This document shows positions 48,998 to 57,512 of a stretch of 64,000 bases of DNA, piece by piece. The position numbers and the translations under genes are program-made. The notes beneath the pieces were generated by a model. It searched no databases. It was not told the DNA's origin and worked only from the letters and a program-made list of their open reading frames with translations. Position 1 is the first letter of the stretch. Every line of letters begins with the position of its first letter. Location of the stretch: contig CAVQAX010000026.1 in NCBI GenBank assembly GCA_963710515.1, positions 36,614 through 100,613 on the forward strand. Direction: 5' to 3'. Source of the DNA: an uncultured Alphaproteobacteria bacterium. GTDB lineage: Bacteria > Pseudomonadota > Alphaproteobacteria > Rhodobacterales > Rhodobacteraceae.

Positions 48998-50921
48998 ATG
49001 ATCCAGTTCGGGGTCCTCGACGACAAGCGCGCCGCGGAAGCGGCGATGCCGCACACGCAACGCTGGACGGCACGCACCCTCTACGAGCAGCTGGTCGAGA
49101 CGGCCGCCCGGTTTCCCGACCGCCCGGCGATCAGCTTCCAGCTGAAGTCCGATCCGGGCGACAAGTCCGTCACGCTCACCTGGCGCCAGCTCCGCGCCGA
49201 GGTCACCCGCACCGCCAACCTGCTGTACGGCCTCGGTGTCGGTCCCACCGACGTGGTCGCCTACATCCTGCCGAACGGGCTCGAAGCCCCGATCACCCTG
49301 CTCGCCGGCGCCACGGCGGGCATCGTCAACCCGATCAACCCGCTGCTCGCCCCCGAGACCATCGGCGCCATCCTGCGCGAGACCGGCGCCAAGGTCGTCG
49401 TCACCCTCGCGCCGTTCCCCAAGACCGACCTCGCCCAGCAGGTCGACAAGGCCGTCGCCCTCGCGCCCGATGTCGAGACGGTGCTGCAGGTCGATCTCTG
49501 CCGCTATCTCGCGCCGCCCGCCTCCTGGATCGCCCCCTTCATCCGCCCGAAACTGAAGCCGAGCCACAAGGCGAAGGTGCTCGATTTCGCCAAGGCGGTG
49601 CATGTCCACCGCGCCGACGAGCTCGATTTCGCCGAGACCGCCGACGACCGCTACTGCGCCTATTTCCACACCGGCGGCACCACGGGCATGCCGAAAGTGG
49701 CCCAGCACCGCGCCGGCGGCATGCTCTACAACGGCTGGCTCGGTTCCTCGATGCTGTTCACCGAAGACGACGTGCTGATGTGCCCGCTTGCCGATGTTCC
49801 ACGTGCTCGCGGCCTATCCGGTCTTCATGTCCTGCCTGATGAGCGGCGCGCATGTGGTGTTCCCGACGCCCCAGGGCTACCGCGGCCAGGGCGTGATCGG
49901 CAATTTCTGGAAACTGGTCGAGCGCTACCACGTCACCTTCATGATCACCGTGCCCACCGCGGTCTCGGCGCTGATGCAGCGCAAGATCGACGCCGATGTC
50001 TCCACCCTGCGCCTCGCGATCAGCGGCTCGGCGGCGATGCCGGTCGAGCTCTTCACCCGCTTCGAGGAAAGTGCCGGCGTCAAGGTGCTCGAAGGCTACG
50101 GCATGACCGAGGCCACCTGCCTCGTCTCGATCAACCCGCCGCACGGCGCGCGCAAGATCGGCTCGGTCGGCCTGCCGTTCCCCTACACCGATGTGCGCAT
50201 CCTGCACTGCGACCAGACCGGCGCCATCGTCAGGGAATGCGGCATCGACGAGATCGGCGAGATCTGCGTGCGCAATCCCGGCGTCGGCACCGACATCTAC
50301 ACCGACGCGACCAAGAACCGCGGCGTCCTCGCCGAGGGCGCGTATCTGAGGACCGGCGATCTCGGCCGGCTCGACATCGACGGCTATCTCTGGATCACCG
50401 GCCGCGCCAAGGACCTGATCATCCGCGGCGGCCACAACATCGACCCGGCGGTGATCGAGGAGGCGCTGATGCGCCACCCTGCGGTCGCCTTCGCCGGCGC
50501 GATCGGCCAGCCCGACGTCCATGCCGGCGAGGTCCCGGCGGTCTATGTCGAGCTGATCGAGGGGGCCGAGGCCGACAGCGACACCCTCATGGCGCATCTC
50601 AGGCAGCATATCGACGAGCGCGCCGCCCTGCCGCGCCATGTCGAGGTGCTGGGCGAACTGCCCAAGACCGCGGTCGGCAAGGTCTTCAAGCCCGATCTGC
50701 GCCGCCGCGCGATCAGCCGCACCTTCGACCACGCCCTCGAGGTGGCGAAACTCCCCGCCCGGGTGGCCGAGGTGGTCGAGGACAAGAAGCTCGGTCTCGT
50801 CGCCGTGCTCTCCGCCCCCGCCGATGCCCGCGACGACGACGCCGTCGGCCACGTGCTCGGGCGCTTCACCGTGCCGTGGCGCTGGCAGGGCGACGGCACC
50901 TCCTCGCTGCCCGACGCATGA
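48998..50921 (+). pseudogene. acyl-CoA synthetase (AMP-binding) with C-terminal extension, one frame break near 49788
   Basis: ATG at 48998 follows GGGAGG. The N-terminal part ends ...FHTGGTTGMPKVAQH...DDVLMCPL. It continues in track ORF 49788..50921 as PMFHVLAAYPVF...GYGMTEA...TAVGKVFKPDLRR. Removing one t from ccgcttgccg restores PLPMFHV. The span is 1924 nt, which is 1 mod 3. Confidence 0.85.
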
Positions 50922-52018
50922 GCCAGGGCATGGCCGGACCGCCGATGCGCACACCGCCAGCACTCCAGACCCTCGTGCTGGCGCTGGCCCTCGGCATCAT
51001 GGTCGGCTGGCTGCTCTATGTCGGGCGCAGCATCATCGTGCCCCTCGTCGTCGCCGTGGTGGTGGTCTACGTCATCGACGGCCTCGCGCGCTTCCTCGAT
51101 CACGTGCCGTGGATCGGACACCACATGCCCGGCTGGGCCCGCCACGTCTTTTCCATTCTCGTCATCGTCGCCGGGCTCAACACCATCGTCTCGCTGATCG
51201 TCTCGAACGTGAACCAGGTCGCCGCCGTTGCACCCCGCTACGAATCCACGCTGCTCGGTTTCGCCCAGCAGACGTCCGAGATCTTCGGCTTCGAGACCCA
51301 GCCGACCTGGACCACCATCCGCGACGAGGTGCTCAACCAGATCGAATTCGGCACGCTGATCCGCGCCACCGTGGCGTCGCTCTCGGGCTTCGTCGGCGTC
51401 TCCGCGGTGGTGATGATCTATGTGAGCTTCCTGCTCGCAGAGCGCGCCAGCTTCGCCGCGAAGATCGCCAATCTCTCCCGCGACCCCGAGACCCTCGCCG
51501 AGGTCAACGGCGTCATCCGGGCGGTCAACAAGCGCGTCAGCCACTACCTCGCGCTCAAGACCCTGATCAACATCCTGCTCGGCTTCGTGAGCTGGGTGGC
51601 GATGTCGCTGGCCGGCGTCGAGTTCGCCGCCTTCTGGGCCGTCTTGATCGGCCTCCTGAACTACATCCCCTATGTGGGCTCGTTCATCGGCGTCACCTTC
51701 CCGGTGCTGCTCTCGGTGGTCCAGTTCGCCGATTTCGGCACCGTGCTGATGATCCTGCTGGCACTCACCGGGGTGCAGATCATGGTCGGCAACTTCATCG
51801 AACCTTACGTGATGGGCAATTCGCTCAATCTCAGCCCGACGGTGATCCTGATCGGCCTCGCCTTCTGGGGCGGGCTCTGGGGCATCCCCGGCGCGATCCT
51901 GAGCGTGCCGATCACCGCGAGCCTCGTCATCGTCTTCGCGAGCTTCGAGACCACCCGCCCGGTCGCGGTGCTCCTGTCGGCGAAAGGCGAGGTCGGCGAG
52001 CCGATCGACCGGGGGTAA
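50918..52018 (+). CDS. AI-2E family (PerM/UPF0118) transporter
   Basis: ATG at 50918 overlaps the previous stop (ATGA). 366 aa, about 8 TM, with the conserved C-terminal region NYIPYVGSFIG...GNFIEPYVMGNSLNLSP...WGIPGAILSVPI. Confidence 0.78.
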   Translation: MSQGMAGPPMRTPPALQTLVLALALGIMVGWLLYVGRSIIVPLVVAVVVVYVIDGLARFLDHVPWIGHHMPGWARHVFSILVIVAGLNTIVSLIVSNVNQVAAVAPRYESTLLGFAQQTSEIFGFETQPTWTTIRDEVLNQIEFGTLIRATVASLSGFVGVSAVVMIYVSFLLAERASFAAKIANLSRDPETLAEVNGVIRAVNKRVSHYLALKTLINILLGFVSWVAMSLAGVEFAAFWAVLIGLLNYIPYVGSFIGVTFPVLLSVVQFADFGTVLMILLALTGVQIMVGNFIEPYVMGNSLNLSPTVILIGLAFWGGLWGIPGAILSVPITASLVIVFASFETTRPVAVLLSAKGEVGEPIDRG

Positions 52019-52060
52019 TCGGTCCGGTGGCCCCCCCGTGGGCCGATCAATCAGTGCCTG

Positions 52061-52252
52061 TCAGGAGCAATCCTTGGCGCTGGTGAGTTCCACATCCGGC
52101 TTGCGGGCGGCATTGCGCCGGGTTTCGGTCTCGAGAATGAGAATGGCGTCGTCGAGCTCCTCGGCGAGACCGGGGAGCTGGTTCATCGCCGCATAGAGCC
52201 GCAATTCCGACAGGATGTCGCTCATCTGTGCGTCGTTTTCCGGCAGATACAT
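52061..52252 (-). CDS. small acidic hypothetical protein (63 aa)
   Basis: ATG at 52252 (a GTG lies one codon upstream). MYLPENDAQMSDILSELRLYAAMNQLPGLAEELDDAILILETE is helical-looking, whereas the overlapping alternative frame (52047..52286) is Arg-rich shadow. A CtrA-type box lies 93 nt upstream. Confidence 0.45.
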   Translation of the reverse strand: MYLPENDAQMSDILSELRLYAAMNQLPGLAEELDDAILILETETRRNAARKPDVELTSAKDCS

Positions 52253-52344
52253 CACTCACCCCGTTCCGTCCCGAGACGCAATCCATGCGCCCGTATCCCC
52301 ACTGCTACAGCAAGCGGAGACGCTAATGGTAGCACTTTATTAAG

Positions 52345-52360
52345 TTAATTTCCCGTTAAC
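52345..52360. promoter_or_regulatory. CtrA-type binding box TTAA-N7-TTAAC
   Basis: Exact match TTAA TTTCCCG TTAAC in the AT-rich divergent gap between the 63-aa ORF (minus strand) and the flavin reductase gene (plus strand). TTAA is rare in this high-GC window. Confidence 0.5.
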
Positions 52361-52529
52361 ACTACTTTGGGGTGATGTTGGTTAAGCGATTGCAACCGCA
52401 AATAATCCGTAATCGACCGGCCTTGTCGCCCACCGATCCCCCGGATCCCGCATCGCGCCGATCACCTGTCGACACCACCCGCACGACGCTCTACCTCCCG
52501 TGCGACCGACAGGGGCAGAGGGCAGGGCG

Positions 52530-53006
52530 GTGACGGATCTCGATGAAACCCGATTGCGCAGTGCGCTGGGGCGCTTCGCCACCGGCGTCACCGTCGTGAC
52601 CACGATGACCCCGGACGGCCCGCTCGGCATGACCGCCAACAGCTTCGCCAGCGTCTCCCTCGACCCGCCCCTCGTGCTCTGGTCGCCCGCCCGCCGCTCG
52701 CAGCGCTTCCCCGCCTTCGAGGCCGCCTCGCATTTCGCCATCCACGTGCTCGGCCGCGGCCAGATGGCCCTCGCCCAGCGCTTCGCCCGCTCCGGCATCG
52801 ACTTCGACGGCCTCGACACCGCCAGCGGCCACGGCGACGCGCCGCTCTTCGCCGGCTGCGCCGCCCGCTTCGAATGCCGCCACGCCGCGCAATACGACGG
52901 CGGCGACCACCTCATCGTGGTGGGCGAGGTGCTGCGGCTCGAGGAGAACGACCTCGCCCCCCTGGTCTATCATTGCGGCAGCTACACCGGCATCGCCCCG
53001 GGCTGA
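52530..53006 (+). CDS. flavin reductase-like (HpaC/NADH:flavin oxidoreductase) domain protein
   Basis: GTG at 52530, with an alternative GTG at 52500. LRSALGRFATGVTVVTTMTPDGPLGMTANSFASVSLDPPLVLW is the typical family core. Confidence 0.8.
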   Translation: MTDLDETRLRSALGRFATGVTVVTTMTPDGPLGMTANSFASVSLDPPLVLWSPARRSQRFPAFEAASHFAIHVLGRGQMALAQRFARSGIDFDGLDTASGHGDAPLFAGCAARFECRHAAQYDGGDHLIVVGEVLRLEENDLAPLVYHCGSYTGIAPG

Positions 53007-53066
53007 ACTTGCTCCCCGGGACCGCGCGCGCTACGAGAGCGCCGATCCTCCAGACCGGACCCAAAG

Positions 53067-54561
53067 ATGGCCAGCAAGAAGACGAGCAAACCCCGCCGCC
53101 CGCGCGCCGAAACCCCGCGGGGCTTTCGCGACAGCTTCGGTCCGGAGGTCGCGGCCCGCAACACCATGCTCGCCCGGATCTGCGCGGTCTACGCCTCCTA
53201 CGGCTTCGACCCGCTCGAAAGCCCCGCCATCGAGACCGTCGAGGCCCTGGGCAAGTTCCTCCCCGATGTCGACCGCCCCAACGAGGGCGTCTTCGCCTGG
53301 GACGACCCCGACGAGGGCTGGCTCGCGCTGCGCTACGACCTCACAGCCCCGCTCGCCCGCGTCTTCGCCCAGCACCGCCGCGACCTGCCCAACCCCTACC
53401 GCCGCTATGCCGTGGGCCCGGTCTGGCGCAACGAAAAGCCCGGCCCCGGCCGCTTCCGCCAGTTCACCCAATGCGACGCCGACACGGTGGGCGCGGCCTC
53501 CGTCGCCGCCGATGCCGAGATCTGCACCATGCTCGGCGACGCGCTCGCAGCCGCCGGCATCGCCCCCGACGACGTCTCGATCCGCGTGAACAACCGCAAG
53601 GTCCTCAACGGCGTGATGGAGGTGGCGGGCCTCCTCGACCCCGCCGACCCCGAGGCCGGCGCCGCCCGCCGCGGCATCGTCATGCGCGCCATCGACAAGT
53701 TCGACCGCCTCGGCGCCGAAGGCGTGGCAGCACTCATGGGCGAAGGCCGCCGCGACGAGAGCGGCGACGTCACCGAAGGCGCGGGCCTCGGCCCCGACCA
53801 GAGCGCGCTCCTCCTCGCCTTCATCGGTGCCCGCGCCGCCGACAGCGCCGCCACCTGCGCGGCCTTGCGCGATCTCGTGCGCGGCTCCGAAACCGGCCTC
53901 ACGGGCGTGCAGGAACTCGAGACCATCGCCGAGCTCGTCGCCGCCGGCTCCGGCCGCGCCATCATCGACCCCTCCGTCGTCCGGGGCCTCGGCTACTACA
54001 CCGGCCCGGTCTACGAGGCCGAGCTCACCTTCGAGATCCGCGACGAGAAGGGCCGCCCGCGCCAGTTCGGCTCCGTCGCCGGCGGCGGCCGCTACGACGA
54101 CCTCGTCAAACGCTTCACCGGCGAGACCGTGCCCGCCACCGGCATCTCCATCGGCGTCGACCGCCTGCTCGCCGCCCTCGACGCCAAGGGCCGCGGCCCG
54201 GCGCCGAGCACAGGCCCGGTGGTCGTCACCGTGATGGACCGCGACAACATGGCCGCCTATCAGGCGATGGCCGCCGAGCTCCGCGCCGCCGGCATCCGCG
54301 CCGAAGTGTTCCTCGGCTCCGGCAACATGGCCAAGCAGCTCAAATATTCCGACCAGCGCGACGCCCCCGTCGCGATCATCGAAGGCGCCGACGAGCGCGC
54401 CCGCGGCATCGTCCAGCTCAAGGATCTCGCCCTCGGCGCGCGCCTCGCCGCCGATATCGAGACCAACGAGGACTGGAAGGCCCAGCCCGCCCAGATGGAA
54501 GTCTCCCGCACCGATCTGGTGGCCGCAGGTCCGCGCCATGCTCGCCCGGGCGGCCGGCTGA
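53067..54561 (+). CDS. hisS: histidine--tRNA ligase; last ~12 codons shifted by one extra base near 54528
   Basis: Alphaproteobacterial-type HisS sequence (RGFRDSF..., [41 protein letters not shown]). The track ORF runs on to 55208 through hisZ out of frame. Dropping one g in gcaggtcc gives ...[15 protein letters not shown] with a stop at 54559-54561, 3 nt before the hisZ ATG. The span is 1495 nt, which is 1 mod 3. Confidence 0.9.
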
Positions 54562-54564
54562 CCC

Positions 54565-55716
54565 ATGGTCGCCGACCGGGCCTATCTCAAGGGTGCGCGC
54601 ACCGGCGCCGGCCTCGCCCGCCTCCGGGCCGAGACCGCCCGCGTGATGGCGGTGCTGGGGCAGGGCGGGGCTTCGGAAGTCGAACCCGCCGCCCTCCAGC
54701 CCGCCGACATCCTCCTGGACCTCTACGGCGAGGACATCCGCGCCCGCGCCTTCGTCACCGGCGAGGACGGCGCCGAGATGATGCTGCGCCCCGATTTCAC
54801 CGTCCCCATCGTGCGCCTCCACATGGAATCGGGCCTGCCCGCCGCCCGCTACACCTATTGCGGCCCGGTCTGGCGCCGCCAGGCAGGCCGGCTCGACGCG
54901 CCCGCGCGAATACCTGCAAGCCGGCGTTGAGGATTTCGGCGCCGCCGACCCGGCCCGCGCCGATGCCGACATGCTCGCCCGCCTGCGCGCCGCGCCTCGG
55001 CGACACCGTCCCCGTCGATCTCGTCACCGGCGACATGGGCCTCATCCTCGCCGCCATCGCCGCCCTCGACACCGCCGAGCCGCGCAAGGCCGCCCTGCGC
55101 CGCCACCTCTGGCGCCCCGCGCGCTTCCAGACCCTGCTGCGCCGCTTCGGCGCCGGCCATGCCGCCCTCACCGCAAGCCCGCGCCCCGCTGCTCGCCGCC
55201 GCCCGTGACGGCCATCTCACAGCAATGATGGCGGAGGCAGGCAAGCCGGTCGGCCAGCGCTCCGCCGCCGACGTGGCCGAGCGCACCGCCCGCCTCGTCA
55301 CCGAGGCCGAAACCCCACCGCTCGATGCCGGCGCCGTGCGCCACCTCGAAGAGGTGCTCGCCGTGCGCGGCCCCAGCACCGCAGCCCTCGCGCAGTTCCG
55401 CGCCATCGCCACCGAGACCCCCGGCCTCACCCCGGCCATCGACCGCTTCGAGGCCCGCCTCGACGCCCTCGACGCCGCCGGCATCGCCCCCGACACCTTG
55501 CCCTTCGAGGCCAGCTTCGGCCGCACCACGCTCGAATATTACGACGGCTTCGTCTTCGGCGCGCTCGCCCGGAACCGCCCCGATCTGCCACCCCTCGCCA
55601 GCGGTGGCCGCTACGACGCACTCACCCGCGTGCTCGGGGCCGGCCGCGCCATGAGTGCCGTCGGCGGCATCATCCGCCCCGAAGCCCTGCTCGCCGCCGG
55701 GGAGGACGCCCCATGA
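54565..55716 (+). pseudogene. hisZ: ATP phosphoribosyltransferase regulatory subunit, three frame breaks (about 54889, 54995, 55176)
   Basis: The pieces are [14 protein letters not shown]...[11 protein letters not shown] (ORF 54565..54930), [61 protein letters not shown]...[12 protein letters not shown] (hisS frame) and [14 protein letters not shown]...LEYYDGFVFGA...SGGRYDAL (ORF 55159..55716). Each junction skips one base. The total is 1152 nt, which is 0 mod 3. Confidence 0.85.
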
Positions 55717-56435
55717 CCCTCTCCCTCGGCGTGCCCTCCAAGGGCCGGCTCCAGGACGACACCATCGCCTGGTTCGGTGCGCGCGGCATCGAGATCGCCC
55801 GCTCCCGCGCGGGCCGCGAATACCGCGGCACCGTGCGCGGCATCGACGGCGTCGAGCTCGTGCTGCTCTCGGCCGGCGAGATCCCCCGCGAACTCGCCGC
55901 CGGCCGCCTGCATCTCGGCGTCACCGGCCAGGATCTCGTGCGCGAGGAAATGCCCCACTGGGCCACGCTCCTCACCGAACTCACCCCGATGGGCTTCGGC
56001 TTCGCCGATCTCGTCGTCGCCGTGCCGGCCTTCTGGGTCGATGTGCGCGACATGTCCGATCTCGACGCCGCCGCCGCCGCCTTCCGCGCCCGCAGCGGCC
56101 ACCGCCTGCGCGTCGCCACCAAGTACCACCACCTCGTGCGCGACTTCTTCCGCGCCCACGGTGTCGCCGATTACATGCTGGTCGACAGCCAGGGCGCCAC
56201 CGAAGGCAGCGTCAAGAACCTCACCGCCGAGGCCGTCGCCGACATCACCTCCACCGGCTCGACGCTGCGCGACAACCACCTGCGCATCCTCGACGACGGG
56301 CTGGTGCTCCAGAGCCAGGCCACGCTCTTCGCCGCCCGCCGCGCGCCTTGGCACGACGACCAGCGCGCCACGCTCGCCGCGCTCTGCGACCGCCTCGGCG
56401 TCACCGCCCCCGCGCTCGGCCCCGATCAGTCGTAG
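55713..56435 (+). CDS. hisG: ATP phosphoribosyltransferase catalytic subunit (short form)
   Basis: 240 aa. MTLSLGVPSKGRLQDDTIAWF..., with ATGA overlap with hisZ and GGAGGA upstream. Confidence 0.92.
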   Translation: MTLSLGVPSKGRLQDDTIAWFGARGIEIARSRAGREYRGTVRGIDGVELVLLSAGEIPRELAAGRLHLGVTGQDLVREEMPHWATLLTELTPMGFGFADLVVAVPAFWVDVRDMSDLDAAAAAFRARSGHRLRVATKYHHLVRDFFRAHGVADYMLVDSQGATEGSVKNLTAEAVADITSTGSTLRDNHLRILDDGLVLQSQATLFAARRAPWHDDQRATLAALCDRLGVTAPALGPDQS

Positions 56436-56909
56436 GCGGCAAGCCGCGCGCGCAGCGTGTCGCTGCGCCGCGTGGCGAACAGCACATCGTCGATCCGCAT
56501 CGTGCCGTCCGTCGCCGGCACGATCACCAGGTAATCGCTCCAGCTCGGCCCGCCGACCCCGAAGGCCGACGCGCTTGATCTCCACCAGCGCCGCATTGCG
56601 CGTGCTCGCCTGGCAGGTCTCGACCTCGTTGAGATAGGTCTGGAACAGCACCCGCGCCGGCGGCATGTCCGGACTGCCGAGCGTCGCCCGAATGTCCGCC
56701 GTGAGGCTGTCGCTCAGAAGCGGCGCGATCTGGTTCAGATCCCCGGTCAGGGTCGCGCGGCAGAACTCGGTCCCGAGCGCGTCCCAGTTGAAATCCTGCG
56801 CCGCCGCCGGGCCGGGCAGGGCGAGCCCCGCCGCCAGGACCCCGACCGAAAGCCGCGCCCCGCAACGGCCAAGCAGGCCGCGCAGGGACCCAATGCACGC
56901 AAGACGCAT
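56426..56909 (-). pseudogene. small periplasmic hypothetical protein, one frame break near 56570
   Basis: ATG at 56909 follows GAGGTG. Signal MRLACIGSLRGLLGRCGARLSVGVLAAGLALPGPAAAQD. The mature part ends ...NAALVEIKR and continues in another frame as ASAFGVGGPSWSDYLVIVPATDGTMRIDDVLFATRRSDTLRARLAAYD, with the stop at 56426. The span is 484 nt, which is 1 mod 3. Confidence 0.55.
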
Positions 56910-56913
56910 CACC

Positions 56914-57357
56914 TCACAACACTCCGATATCCGAAAGTTCCGCCATCAGCTTCGGCGGCAATTCCGCCGCCGCACTTGCCGCATCGAGATCGCGCGGCGC
57001 ATCCTCGGGCCGCAGGTAGCGCCAGCCCTGGAACGGTCGCCGCGGCTGCGGCACCACCGGCACGATCTCCGCATCCAGCACGATCCCGCAGCGCCGGATC
57101 CCGTCCGCCCCGTCGCGCGGATCGAGCGCGAGAATGCGCTGCCGCCCCAGCACCATGCCCTTGAACACCCAGTAGAGCGAGCCGCCGCCGTCGATCAGCT
57201 CGTCGGCCCGCTTGGGCCACATCCGCGTCACATGCACCGGCCGCGGATCGCGCCCGAGCGCGCGCATCTCCTCGCCGCGCCGACGGTGCCAGTCCGCGAG
57301 TTCCGCGATGCTGTCGGTGCCGACACAGAGTTTGAGAAGATGGACGCTGGGACGCAT
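56914..57357 (-). CDS. DUF1489-family protein
   Basis: 147 aa. MRPSVHLLKLCVGTDSIAELADW... and GGSLYWVFKG match the alphaproteobacterial DUF1489 pattern as recalled. Confidence 0.7.
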   Translation of the reverse strand: MRPSVHLLKLCVGTDSIAELADWHRRRGEEMRALGRDPRPVHVTRMWPKRADELIDGGGSLYWVFKGMVLGRQRILALDPRDGADGIRRCGIVLDAEIVPVVPQPRRPFQGWRYLRPEDAPRDLDAASAAAELPPKLMAELSDIGVL

Positions 57358-57512
57358 GTCGGCCTAAGGTCTGGTGGTCTCGAGAAGTCAGGCCACAACA
57401 TAGCCGGGATTTTCGCGCTGTCATCCGCTTTCCGCCCCTCGGGCGGAATTGACCGGATGCCCCCTTCGGCGTATCCTCTGGTCCTCTCCGCACACCCGAG
57501 GATGCCCCGCAG

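Noticed and set aside
48998-52018. 1006-aa ORF apparently fusing acyl-CoA synthetase and a transporter
   Set aside because: It is a chimera. The synthetase leaves this frame at about 49788 (frame break). The middle ~380 aa are Arg-rich nonsense, and the AI-2E transporter starts at its own ATG at 50918.
57358-57512. Cobalamin riboswitch or paired NrdR boxes in the nrdJ leader
   Set aside because: I could not find a B12-box-like core (GCCACTG context). Only one weak half-match to the NrdR palindrome (CACAACATAG) is present, with no second box at the expected spacing.
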